This document shows, piece after piece, positions 51,505-62,006 of a stretch of DNA of 64,000 nucleotides. Position numbers and translations under genes: made by a program. The first letter of the stretch is position 1, and each line of letters starts with the position of its first letter. Under the pieces are notes generated by a model, which had not been told where the DNA came from, searched no databases, and saw only the letters and a program-made list of their open reading frames with translations. Source of the stretch: Marsupella aquatica (lineage: Eukaryota; Plantae; Marchantiophyta); the NCBI GenBank assembly GCA_973895155.1, contig OZ316898.1, positions 19,479,292 to 19,543,291 on the forward strand, in the 5' to 3' direction.

Positions 51505-51680
51505 CTTACCCTTAGACCTTAGTAGCTTAGAGTTTCTCGTACTAAGTTGTGTGTACAATGATTGGGGGTCTCCCCTTTTATGGCCTCCCACAGACCTCTT
51601 TTTCCGTAGTTTTAGCCTTAACTTTTGGGTTGCACCCTTTTAACCCTAATTTTGGCCATCTCGCGGCCCCTAACCCTAAT
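51505..51680 (-). promoter_or_regulatory. Putative right-arm promoter and leader exon driving the transposase
   Basis: On the minus strand: TTAGGGTTA telo-like boxes (51641-51679), CATAAAAG (51575-51582), donor GTAAG at 51509. Confidence 0.55.
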
Positions 51681-51699
51681 CCCGGCCGCAAAGTAAATT

Positions 51700-52650
51700 A
51701 CCACCCGGCCCCTTCCCCCCGCCCCCGGCCTCCCTGCCCCCACCCCGGCCTTCCTCCTCTCCCCCTCCCCCCCGGCCTTCCTCCCCCCGGCCCGGTCTCC
51801 CTCCCCTCCCCACCCCCGGCTTCCCTCCCCTCTCCCCCCCGCCCCGGCCCCGGCCTTCCTCCTCTCCCACTGCCCCCCCCGCCCCGGCCTTCCTCCCCCC
51901 GGCCCGGCCTCCCTCCCCTCCCCACCCCCGGCTTCCCTCCTCTCCCCCTCCCCCCCGCCCCGGCCCGGCCTTCCTCCTCTCCCACTGCCCCCCCGCCCTG
52001 GCCTTCCTCCTCTCCCCCTCCTCCCCCCGCCCTGGCCTTCCTCCCCCGGCCCAGCCTCCCTCCCCTCCCCACCCCCGGCTTCCCTCCTCTCCCCCTCCCC
52101 CCGCCCCGGCCCGGCCTTCCTCCTCTCCCACTGCCCCCCCCGCCCCGGCCCGGCCTTCCTCCTCTCCCCCTCCTCCCCCCGCCCTGGCCTTCCTCCCCCC
52201 GGCCCGGCCTCCCTCCCCTCCCCAACCCCGCCTTCCCTCCTCTCCCCCTCCCTCCCCCGCCCCGGCCTTCCTCCTCTCCCCGGCCTTCCTCCCCCCGGCC
52301 CGGCCCGGCCTCCCTCCCCTCCCCACCCGGCTTCCCTCCCCTCTCGCCCCCGCCCCGGCCACCCACCCCGCGCCCCGGCCTCCCTGCCCCCGGCCTCCCT
52401 CCCCTCTCCTCCCCCCCGGCCCCGCCCCGCCCCCACCCAACCCCACCCCGCGCCCCAGCCTCCCTGCCCCCCGGCCACCCTCCCCTCTCCTCCCCCCCCG
52501 CCCCGGACCCGTTTCTCCCGTCCCTCCCCAACCCCCGGCCGGGCCGGGCTGGGGGGTTTTAGGACCTGGCCGGGAAGATTTTCGACCTGGGCGGGAGAGT
52601 GTGGTGCTCGGCCGGGAGGGGCCGGGAGAATTTGACACCGGGCCGGGGAA
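51700..52650 (-). repeat. Right GC-rich subterminal minisatellite (CCCGGCCTTCCTCCTCTCCC-type units)
   Basis: About 900 bp of almost pure C/T/G on the plus strand with repeated CCCGGCC; G-rich on the minus strand. Confidence 0.9.
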
Positions 52651-52986
52651 TATCAAAGAATATTGGACAAATAGAGGGTTTTTGGATGGACAAGTTGTCA
52701 TTTGTCATGTCGGACAAGGACACATCTTGTCCGACAGTGAAAACCGGGCTCTATACCTTATTTTAGCGTTGGTGAAGTAGTGACCAGGAAGCTACCCTTG
52801 AGAGATAGAAGGTCCATTCAAGGTACGTAAGCCCAAAATAGTAAAGGTAAAAATACTATGTAGTTATGGGCCCTTTGCACTTCGTTGGGTTTTGGGTTGT
52901 TTTATGCCCTCTGTTTGGTTTCCTGCCTTTGGGGTCTGCGTCCCTGTTTGACACTTTGTTCTTTTGCAGAGTGATATATGTATATA

Positions 52987-54110
52987 CTAGCTCAATACCC
53001 ATGTGTTGCACAAAAGATGTCGTCTCCCAAGATGTCGTGTCCTCTAAGATGTTGTTAAGACAAAAAGATGTTGTGTCACCCAAGATGTCATTAAGAAAAA
53101 TTAGGTTGTGTCGCCCAAGATGCCGTTAAGAAAAAAAGATATGGTGTCTCCCAAGATGTCATTAAGAAAGAAAATGTCGTGTCACCCAACTGAAGATGTC
53201 ATGAAGAACAAAAATGTTGTGTCGCCCAATGTGTCATTAATAAAGAAAAAAGATATCGTGTCACCCAAGATGTTGTTAAGAAAAAAGATGTTGTGACACC
53301 CAAGATGTCCTTAAGACAAAAGATATCATGTCAACCAAGATATTGTTAAGAAAAAAGATGTTGTGGCACCCAATATGTCCTTAAGAAAAGAGATGCCACA
53401 TTGCCCAAGATGTCGTTAAGAGAAACATTGTCGTTAAGTAAAAAGATGTTGTTAAGACAGAAGTTGCACAAAAGATGGTGTGGTGAGAAAAAGATGTTGA
53501 GGTGAAAATAGATGTTGAGGTGAGAAAAAGAAGTTGAAGTGAGAAAAAGATGTCAAGGAGAGAAATGTTGAGGGTGAGAAAAAGATGTTGAGGTGAACAA
53601 AGATGTTGATGAGAAAAAGAGATGTTGAGCTAAGAAAAAGAAGTCAAGCAAAAACTATGTAAAGGAGAGAAAAGATGGCGATGTGAGAAAATATGTGAAG
53701 ATGAGGAAAAGATGTTGAGGGTGAGGGAAAGATGTTGGGGTGAGATAAAAATGTGAAGGTGAGAAACAGGTCAGATGTCGAGGTGAAAACACATGTCAAT
53801 GAGAAAAAGAGATGTTGAGGTGAGACAAAGAAGTCAAGGTGAAGAGAAGATATTGAGGAGAGAAAAAACATGGCGAGGTGAGAAAAAGACGTTGAAGAGA
53901 GAAAATATGTCGAGGGTGAGGGAAAGATATTGTGGTGAGATAAAGATGTCAAGGTGAGAAAAGATGTCGAGTCAGGTGAGAAAATATATTGAGGAGAGAA
54001 ACAAAAATCAAGGACCTAGACGATGTTGAGGGTGAGAAAAAATTGTCGTGAGATAAAGATGTCAATGTGAGAAAAGACGGCAAGATGAGAAAAATATGTC
54101 AAGGCAAGGT
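52987..54110 (-). mobile_element. Helitron-like non-autonomous element (same 3' end as 36672-37323), minus strand
   Basis: ACTAGCTCAATACCCATGTGTTGCACAAAAG is the reverse complement of CTTTTGTGCAACACATGGGTATTGAG-CTAG|T. It is followed by CCCAAGATGTC.TTAAGAAAA units and then about 20-bp GAGGTGAGAAAAAGATGTT units. The 5' end is not defined. Confidence 0.62.
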
Positions 54111-56079
54111 AGAGTTGTTGTGGTGGTGTGCAACAACTCGTGCACTGCACATAGATGGAGACTGAGATAATAGTCACCGCAACATAGAGTCCAAGCACAA
54201 CAAAGTGACAAAAAAATTTGTTTTTTATTTAAAAATTTTAGAGAAATTAATATCATATATATATTATTTATACTCAAGTTTTTTCAAAACTTTAAAGTTA
54301 TTATCCAATTCTTTAAGTCTCAATTTTAATAATTAGTTTTAAATTAATTTTCAATTGTTAGTTTTTATCTTGGTTGGGTTTGGGTAGGCTATGGGTAGCT
54401 TGGGAAGAGGTAATTGAGATTAATAGAGATATGGATGGATCCTACAATTACAGAAAAACAAATTTTTACTTAAGACCCAGGATTGTTCCCATTTTTTCTT
54501 GAGTTTGTAAATAATACCATATCCATTTTTAGAGGATATGGTATATAGTGACTTTTGATACTCTTGCATACAACAGGGTTAGGTACCTTTTTTGTCTTTT
54601 GTTTCCACCATTAGATTCTTTTTTGTGTGAAAAGTGCATGCAACAGGGTTAGTTACATTTTCTGTTTTGTGTGTCCACCACATTTTTTGTTTTGTGTGTC
54701 CACCAATTCATTACTCTTTGTGTGAAAAGATTTCCTGTACTTTTTGGTCCACTCTATATTTAATTTGCTTTTGGTTTTATCCCTTCTCTTTATTGATTAC
54801 TTCTTTTTTTGGCACTGTATTTTTGAATGACTACCACGGCATAAAAAGGCGCAACCTTGTATTATAGAAGTTAATATCTGTGCCCAGTTTGCTGGCATAG
54901 GACTTAGATGTCCATCTCCTAGTTGAGTACAGTCAGCTCATAATAGGTCTCGTTATGAGCAGTAAGTTATTAAATCACTGATATTAAACATAGATAGTGC
55001 ACGTTGTAAAAGGGTTAAATCTATATTAAAGTTGACACATTTTTTGTGGAAGGTTGATCTCCTAGAGGACAAGGAAATTTGGGTAAGGAAACCTTTGTGC
55101 CAAACCTTCTACCTACGAAGTGTTTGAATACCAAGGTTTTTGTTGGAAGCAAAACTTGCACCTCAATGCCAGCTTGTATGCAAATGTGCATGCAAATGAG
55201 TATCTTGCATTGGTGCCATTCAACAGTGCGCCAAAAACCATGCAATGAATATAACATTGCGAAAGAACCCAAGAAGACCCAAGAGCTAGAAAAAGCCCAA
55301 GAGTATGTGTCCCAGTGTATTATTGACAAAAGAACCAAAGCCTTACTGAGCAACAAACCAAAGGCTGCAGCTGCTGATATAGCTCAATCCGGAGTAAACC
55401 GAATTGGAGGGTCACAATTTAGTGAAATTTGGTCACAATTTAGTGAAATTTATTTTGACTAGACTAAAACCAACAGCCTTGGCAAGACAAAGGAAACTGA
55501 ATGTCTGAGCCCTTTCTTGTGTCACTGACACCCAGTACCAAAAGAAACCAGTGAGGATTGAGACAGGACAACAAGACGTGATAGGGAACATGCAAGTGGG
55601 CATGCAAGGTACAAGGAATGGAATGTGTAGGTTCCATGCTCAAGCAGTTTTCATCTCGATCCCACTCAGACCCAAACAACAATGTTTAACCATAGCAATA
55701 CCTACTGTATTCCTCTTGGACATTGTTTCTTGTGGTGAAGCACAAACCTGTTCTACTTAGCACATAGTCAGGTATAGATGGGAGGCCATTCTCTGTCATT
55801 AAATCGGGCATTAAATGCAAATTGCATACATAAAAACCCCTTCAGTTAATTTGGAGGTATTGTCCTGGGTAGTTGTAAGGTTGGGGTAGACCCTAGGCTC
55901 CATATCAATCACTAATTTAAAGGGCCCACTAATTGACATGTAGGATCAGCACATTGCAAGCAAAACACAAACTAAGTTTAAGGGTTAATAGGGTTTGGGG
56001 ATTTTAAATAGTTACCCCATACTGTCCTCAATGGCAATATGAACATGGTCTACTTACAGGTCACGGAGCATTTTTTTCA

Positions 56080-56690
56080 CCCATTTTTTCAATGAGTCAG
56101 AGTATTTTTTGCTAACCCAGGCCGTTCAGGCGAGGGTAAATGGCCAACACTAGTGGTTTTCAAAGACATTATCAATGGAGATTGTCCTCAGATTGCACTT
56201 AACATTTTTTTTCAGCAAGAGTATTTTTTGGCTCACATTTGCCAGTTTGGCATGGGTGAATGGCTGACACTGATGGTTTTTGAAGACATTGTGGAGATTG
56301 TCTGATGATCCATCACACAACATTTTTTGGCAAGAGTGTTTTTTAATTGCTCACCGGCAAGTGGTTCAGGCGGGGTGAATGACTGACAATGGTGGGTTTT
56401 GAAAAAAATGTGGGCGTTGTCTTCAGATCACACTTTAGAGTATTATTTTGGCTGCCCACCCAAGCCATTTTGGCATGGGTGAATGGACTGGTGGTTTTAG
56501 AAGACATTCTGGGGATGGTCTTCTAATCCCACTTAGCATTTTCTTGGCAAGAGTTGCTTTTGCTCCCCCATGCAGTTTGGGCAACTAGGGGTGCAGGAGG
56601 GGCAACACTAGTGGATTTTGAAGACATTGTGGACATTACAGTTTAAGGTCACACTTCAGTTTTTTTTCAGCAAGAGGAGTTTTTGCCATT
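56080..56690. repeat. Degenerate tandem repeat of about 120 bp (about 5 copies)
   Basis: Recurring TTTTTTCAGCAAGAG...GGGTGAATGG...GGTTTT.GAAGACATT..GGAGATTGTC. Confidence 0.75.
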
Positions 56691-56789
56691 AGGGTCCCAT
56701 AAAAGATCTACTGGCAGGCAATGGCCAAAATGAGGAATAATGTTTATGAATCACATGAGTATCTTCACTTTGTGATTACCCTAATCTTG

Positions 56790-56932
56790 TAGGGGTCTTG
56801 GTAACTGCACATCAAACTATGACATATACCGTGCACGGCATCCCTCCATACCATGATAAGCCTTGTTATTTTTGTTAAATTAATGAGTGCACACCTTATA
56901 TTACCACATTTTGATGTGTGATTACCAGCAGG
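56790..56932. repeat. Short dispersed palindromic repeat (MITE-like), copy B
   Basis: GGTAACTGCACATCAAA (56800) ... TTTGATGTGTGATTACC (56926) imperfect inverted ends. Confidence 0.7.
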
Positions 56933-58666
56933 AATCTTGTAGTTTGGGCTGACAGAGCGGATCCCAAAGCGGATATGAGGCACCTATCCCAACAATGACG
57001 ACAACAACCAGCCCCATTCAATGCCTACAGTTTGACCTTTGCACTGTCACATCAAAACTAGGCAAAGTTCATACTTCAGGTCTTGTAGTCACTATGGACC
57101 AAGTTTGGTCCTAGTATGCCCGAATCATGTTTTAGGAGAACCCTTACACGAACATTGTGTATGGCTCATTAAGAGGGGGTACGTTGATCAGGTAAAAAAA
57201 TTATGCATGGGCTGATCAGGCAAAGTTTGATGTCTACCAATCCTAGTGGCAAGCAATGGGCCCCAAAAGGGAGTGATCTCAAAGCTCAGCAATATCAGGA
57301 TGGCATCTTGCGATTACTCAAGAGTTATAGAAACTCCCATAAAGCTGTCAGGCCCGGGTCTTCACATCTGACTTTTCTTTGGACCCATCTTCGGTCTGAC
57401 CCTGTGCCTGATCATGCACAAATAACTTAGGGTTTTTTTACATTGAATTGGTCAGAAGACTTTCATTTTTTTGTTGAACAACATAATTTTTGAGAACTAA
57501 AGGAGAATACCAAATTTGTGAATATGACTAGAATATTACATAAATTTAGGGGTTAAAAAAAATTAAAATTACTTTATTTTCTTAAGTTTTAGGGTGTTTT
57601 CTACTTGAAAACAAGTCTCTCCTTTTATCACCTTTGGGTCAGTTGACCCCAAGGTGGGTCGGGAATGCTACAGTTGGGCTATAGGGCAAGGGCGAGAAGG
57701 GGCACAGTTGGGGCAGACAACCCACCTTTGGGCCAACTTTTTTTTATAATAATTTTAAATTTCAATCTTCATAAAAAAAATGCCATCGCGAAAGCAAGGG
57801 GACAGAACCACCCAAGTGAAACCCGAAGGAACAACCACCGGAAGAAACAAAACAGAAACACCACCCGACACCCCCAAATGGCACGCAAGGGAACTACCAC
57901 CAAAAAGGACCCTAGTAACTATTGTCAGCCGAGTACCAGTGGACCGTGAGGGTGATAAGCACCCTGCAAATACCTCTCTCACTCCTCCTACTATTCAGCT
58001 TCCTACTGACAAGGGTGGTAAAAAATGAGACTGAGGGAATCAATCCAATGCCATTGGATCTTAATTGTTAAGGGAAGCATAGACAGTTTGGATGCTGAGG
58101 AGCTAACCTGGGCTACTTTTCTTGACCCACAGGCAAAAACAGTGGCAATTTGATAAATAGAAAAAATTGGTGGCAATGTATGTTGCAACAAAAAGACCAC
58201 ACTGTACCAGTTAAAGTTTGGTTGCACACCATGAGGGGTCTCTTCCCCCCCCAACCACCCTCAAATGGGTACAGATCCAAGTTGGCAAGCTCTGTATAAT
58301 TAGGCTTTCCAGTTTGTTGCTAAGTAGGGTGGGAGTAGGGCCTTGTAGCATCTCCAACCCAACTGGGTTTTGCTAGGGTAACTGGGTGTGGACCAAACTG
58401 AGTAAAGAAAATCTAAAAAGTCAGGTCCAATTACCTACTCAGTGTAATGCTATCTGGATTTCAGGAATGAGGGTTTTTGGTTACCGGATCTGCATATGGG
58501 AGAGATTGTACACTACAATAGTTAACTCCTTACTGGGTTTTCAAGATCTCCATCTACAACAGTCAAATCATGATACCTGTTGTTTAGGGAAGATTACTTA
58601 AAGGTGCTTCTCAGTTGGCCCCTGAAGATTCGTACGGTGAACTAATTTTAGGAAGGTACATACTTT

Positions 58667-59153
58667 GGTACATATGCAACTCTTAAATAAAAGGCAGGGG
58701 TCTACGCCCAGGTCTACATATTTACATGGACTAAAAAGTTGGCTAGATAATAAAAATTAAAACTTGAAAAAAGTTGGGTTTTCCACTTTAAATATTTTAT
58801 GAGTCATATAAAAAGATTGATTTTCTTCTTTTTCCAGATGAGATTAAAAAAAGGTTTATACACTTGCTGTAAATTTTATTATAAGATTTTTAGAATTTTA
58901 TTAAAAATCCTAAAAAGCTTGCTAGTTTGGCTGTGGACCCCTTGATATTATAAAAAGCCATATAATTTGGTTTTTAACAAGTGTTGCCGCATCAATTTTT
59001 TTATAAAAAAGTTACATGGTTAGATTCTTTGAATTACAAGGTACAAGAGTTTAATAGACTAGAATAAAATGAACTTCACATGGTCAATTTGGTATAAACT
59101 CATTATAGGGAATTCAATACTTGCCTTATAAAAAAGGGAGTTGTGTACCCGGG
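58667..59153. mobile_element. hAT-type MITE, older copy of the 475-bp family
   Basis: Right TIR GAGTTGTGTACCCGGG (59138-59153); left TIR partial (TATGCAACTC, 58673-58682); interior collinear with the other copies; no TSD seen. Confidence 0.8.
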
Positions 59154-59631
59154 ACGGGGTATTTAATACTGTACCCCAATAAGAAAATCCCAATTGGATT
59201 GGAGGTGGTCTTAGTTCTTTTCTCGGGGGTCTCATTATATGGGGATCTCCCCATCACCTACGACGTTTTTAGGTCTCGGACATCCTAAAATTTTAAGATT
59301 TTGAATTTTATTTAACCCCTATAAAGTTGGAATATTCTTGGATTAAAAAGTTGGATTAAAAAGTTGGAATATTAAAAAGTTGGAATATTCTAAAAATTTG
59401 GAATATATTTAATCCAAAAATTGGATTAAAAAGACCCTAATGTTCTTATAAGTATCAAAATTGAATTTAAAAGAGCCTATTGTTCTTCTGCAAAAATTGT
59501 TAAGTCTTCCCGTAGAACCAATAAATCGACCGGGCTATCCTTTGTTGCATGTGATATGTCATTTTTGTGGAAGTGAAACCCCGGGGTTCTTTAATTTGGG
59601 AACACTAAGGCTCTTGGCCTATTGGACTTTC

Positions 59632-60740
59632 AGTGGTGGACCTTGCCACCCAGCGCCCTCACCAATCCCAACACTCACGCCTAAGTGCCCCTGGTGCCCG
59701 AATGCCTCCACGGAATACCCCGAGCAAGCAACCTAGTGCCTCTTGCACCACCAGCGGCCCCTCCCATATGAAGCCGCACTTGCTCTCCAACACGACCGCT
59801 ACTCAACGGTCCTCATTGTCTGCACAAGCAACCAAGCACCTCGGTAAGTAACCCTTCAGGATCTAGAACTCGCCAAGTCTAGCATCCTAACTCAAGCTCA
59901 ACAGACGTTGGTAAATAGGTCAGCAATAGGTCCTCCCGATGCCATAAGCCGGAACCAGAACCCATGCCCACTGTTCGTCCAGAACAACTCCTTCCTTGAA
60001 CGCGGCCCGGGTTCCCCCTCGTACCTATCCATCACCAATTGACCGCCCTGACCCCAGGACATGCGCATGGCCCAAATAGCGTAGCTAGTCCTAAAGCTTG
60101 TCCCAAACTTGTCTCAACACGCCGAGACTAGAATGGCCCCGACTCTAGCAACCAACTCCCGGTTCTCGCCCCACTGATGGTCTAGGGCCCGAGCACCCTC
60201 GGAACTCAACCTCCATGCCTACTTGGCCTTGCTTCCCCAACGCAAGCTCCCTTGGGAGACTGAACGCGGGTGGCTGCTATTCGGCAGGATTTGGCAAGCG
60301 GGTGAGCTAACATCTGCAAAATTTGAGAACCAATGGTGCCCCCAGACCGAGCTGAGCTCAGAAGTACGTAGCCCTCCTTGAGAGATTTTCAACGCACCCA
60401 AGAATTCCTCCAACGGACTTCCTGTTGGGAAGATATCGCAGTTTCCATTTGGCACTTTCCCTTAGTGTTGCGACCGCCGCAGTTCACGACTTCGGCTCAC
60501 CCTTGGCCCCTGGGGAGACACCACTCCCCTCATATATGCTTCTAGAGACCTGCCACCCCCGGACTAACTTTGGTCCCTAAACATTTGGCCTCCAACCCGG
60601 AACCTATCGCGCATACTGGGCGCGCTACCAACTGGCCCCATAACTTTCTTGTTAGGCGTCCGCAAGCGGACTCGTGCCCTTATTAGCCCGTTGTGATCGG
60701 GCCGACCCAGTGGTCATGCCTAGGCCCTCAGGTCTCATCG
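59632..60740. mobile_element. Dispersed repeat (probable TE coding remnant), homologous to 30105-31050
   Basis: Collinear similarity with 30105-31050; GC-richer and CpG-richer copy; no recognisable protein domain. Confidence 0.6.
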
Positions 60741-61220
60741 CTGCTTGGGGTCCCCGATCGGCCAAACCCGGATCGGGCCATAACTTGCGCCCCAAGCATC
60801 CGTTGCCCATGGCATCAACTCCATTGGCCTTGGGCCCAAGAGGAGCTCACACTCAAACCCTAACAACTCAAAGTCCGTCCGGGTGCCCGGATGATCGACC
60901 TTGAGTCCGGCCCCTTTCCCCTTGACCCGATCAACTCTCAGCTCGCCTAAGTCCTTAGTGTGTGTCACCAGCTTGGCTCCTTGCCTTCACCAGTGCCACG
61001 TCTCATTGCCACAAGTCTCCCCATGCTAAGTCCTCCCCGGATGGCCTATCCGGGCCTAGACCATAAGGGAGCTCGACGTCGGAGTAAGCGACGCCGGAGC
61101 TAAGTGTTAAGGTAGTCGAGTTCCGCGACTCTTTCAAAGATTCACTTTTCTTGGGCTTTTCTTTGTTTTCCTCCCTTTATTGGCCTCGGCTTCCTACCAT
61201 GGGGATCCTGTCTCCCACCC

Positions 61221-61360
61221 GTGCCGGTGATCACACATCAAAATGTGGTAATATAAGGTGTGCACTCTTTGATTGAAAGAATATAATGAGGTTTATCATG
61301 GTATGGCAAGATGTCGTACACCCTATATATCATATTTTGATATGCAATTACCAAGACCCG
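61221..61360. repeat. Short dispersed palindromic repeat (MITE-like), copy C
   Basis: GGTGATCACACATCAAAAT (61226) ... ATTTTGATATGCAATTACC (61352). Confidence 0.7.
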
Positions 61361-61532
61361 TGTCCCACTATGACACCTTTTGTTCTTTGACACACAAGAC
61401 TGACTCTACATATAAATTAATTTTTTTTAGTATTATAATGATTTTAAGGACAGTTAATTTGATCCTGCATACAGAAACAAATGAATAATCCCATAGCAAA
61501 CCTGCACACCTCCATAGAATCGTAGAGGCAGC

Positions 61533-62006
61533 CCCCAGTATGCAACTCTTGTATAATCTGCAGGGTCTACATTTTTATATGGACTAAAAAATTGGCTATA
61601 CAAAATAATAAAATTTCAAAAGACCTGGGTTTTCTATTTATTAAAATTTTCAAGTCATGTAAAAGGTTTAGTTTTCTTCCTTTTCCATATGAAATTAAAA
61701 ATATTCCTACACATGATGGAATTTTTAGTAAAATATTTTTAAAATTTTAATAAATTTTTTGAAAAGCTGACTAGTTTGGCTATAGACCCCTATATAAAAA
61801 AAATCTCATATAATTTGGTTTTTATCAACTTTTAGTACATTAAAATATGTTTGGTTTTTCTTTTTAAGTTACATTTTTTGATTCCTTAGGTTGAGAGGTA
61901 CAAGACTTTAGAAGACTAAAATAAAATCTAAGATGGTCAATTGGATATATGACCATTATAAGAAATTAATAACTTGCCTTATAAAAAGGGGAGTTGCATA
62001 CCCGGG
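61533..62006. mobile_element. 474-bp hAT-type MITE with perfect 8-bp TSD
   Basis: TIRs CCCCAGTATGCAACTC / GAGTTGCATACCCGGG; TSD GAGGCAGC at 61525-61532 and 62007-62014; opposite orientation to the kinase-nested copy. Confidence 0.92.

Larger units (their letters stand above)
41713..52748. mobile_element. 11,036-bp hAT DNA transposon carrying kinase and coiled-coil/RING cargo genes
   Basis: Left TIR CCCGGTTTGGACTTGTCGGACAA; right TIR (reverse complement) CCCGGTTTTCACTGTCGGACAA; identical 8-bp TSD CTCTATAC at 41705-41712 and 52749-52756; hAT transposase inside. Confidence 0.93.

Noticed and set aside
51549-52701. Pro-rich extensin-like ORF (337 aa) and antisense Gly/Arg-rich ORFs
   Set aside because: All frames are open only because the C-rich subterminal minisatellite lacks stop codons; the region lies in the transposon arm.
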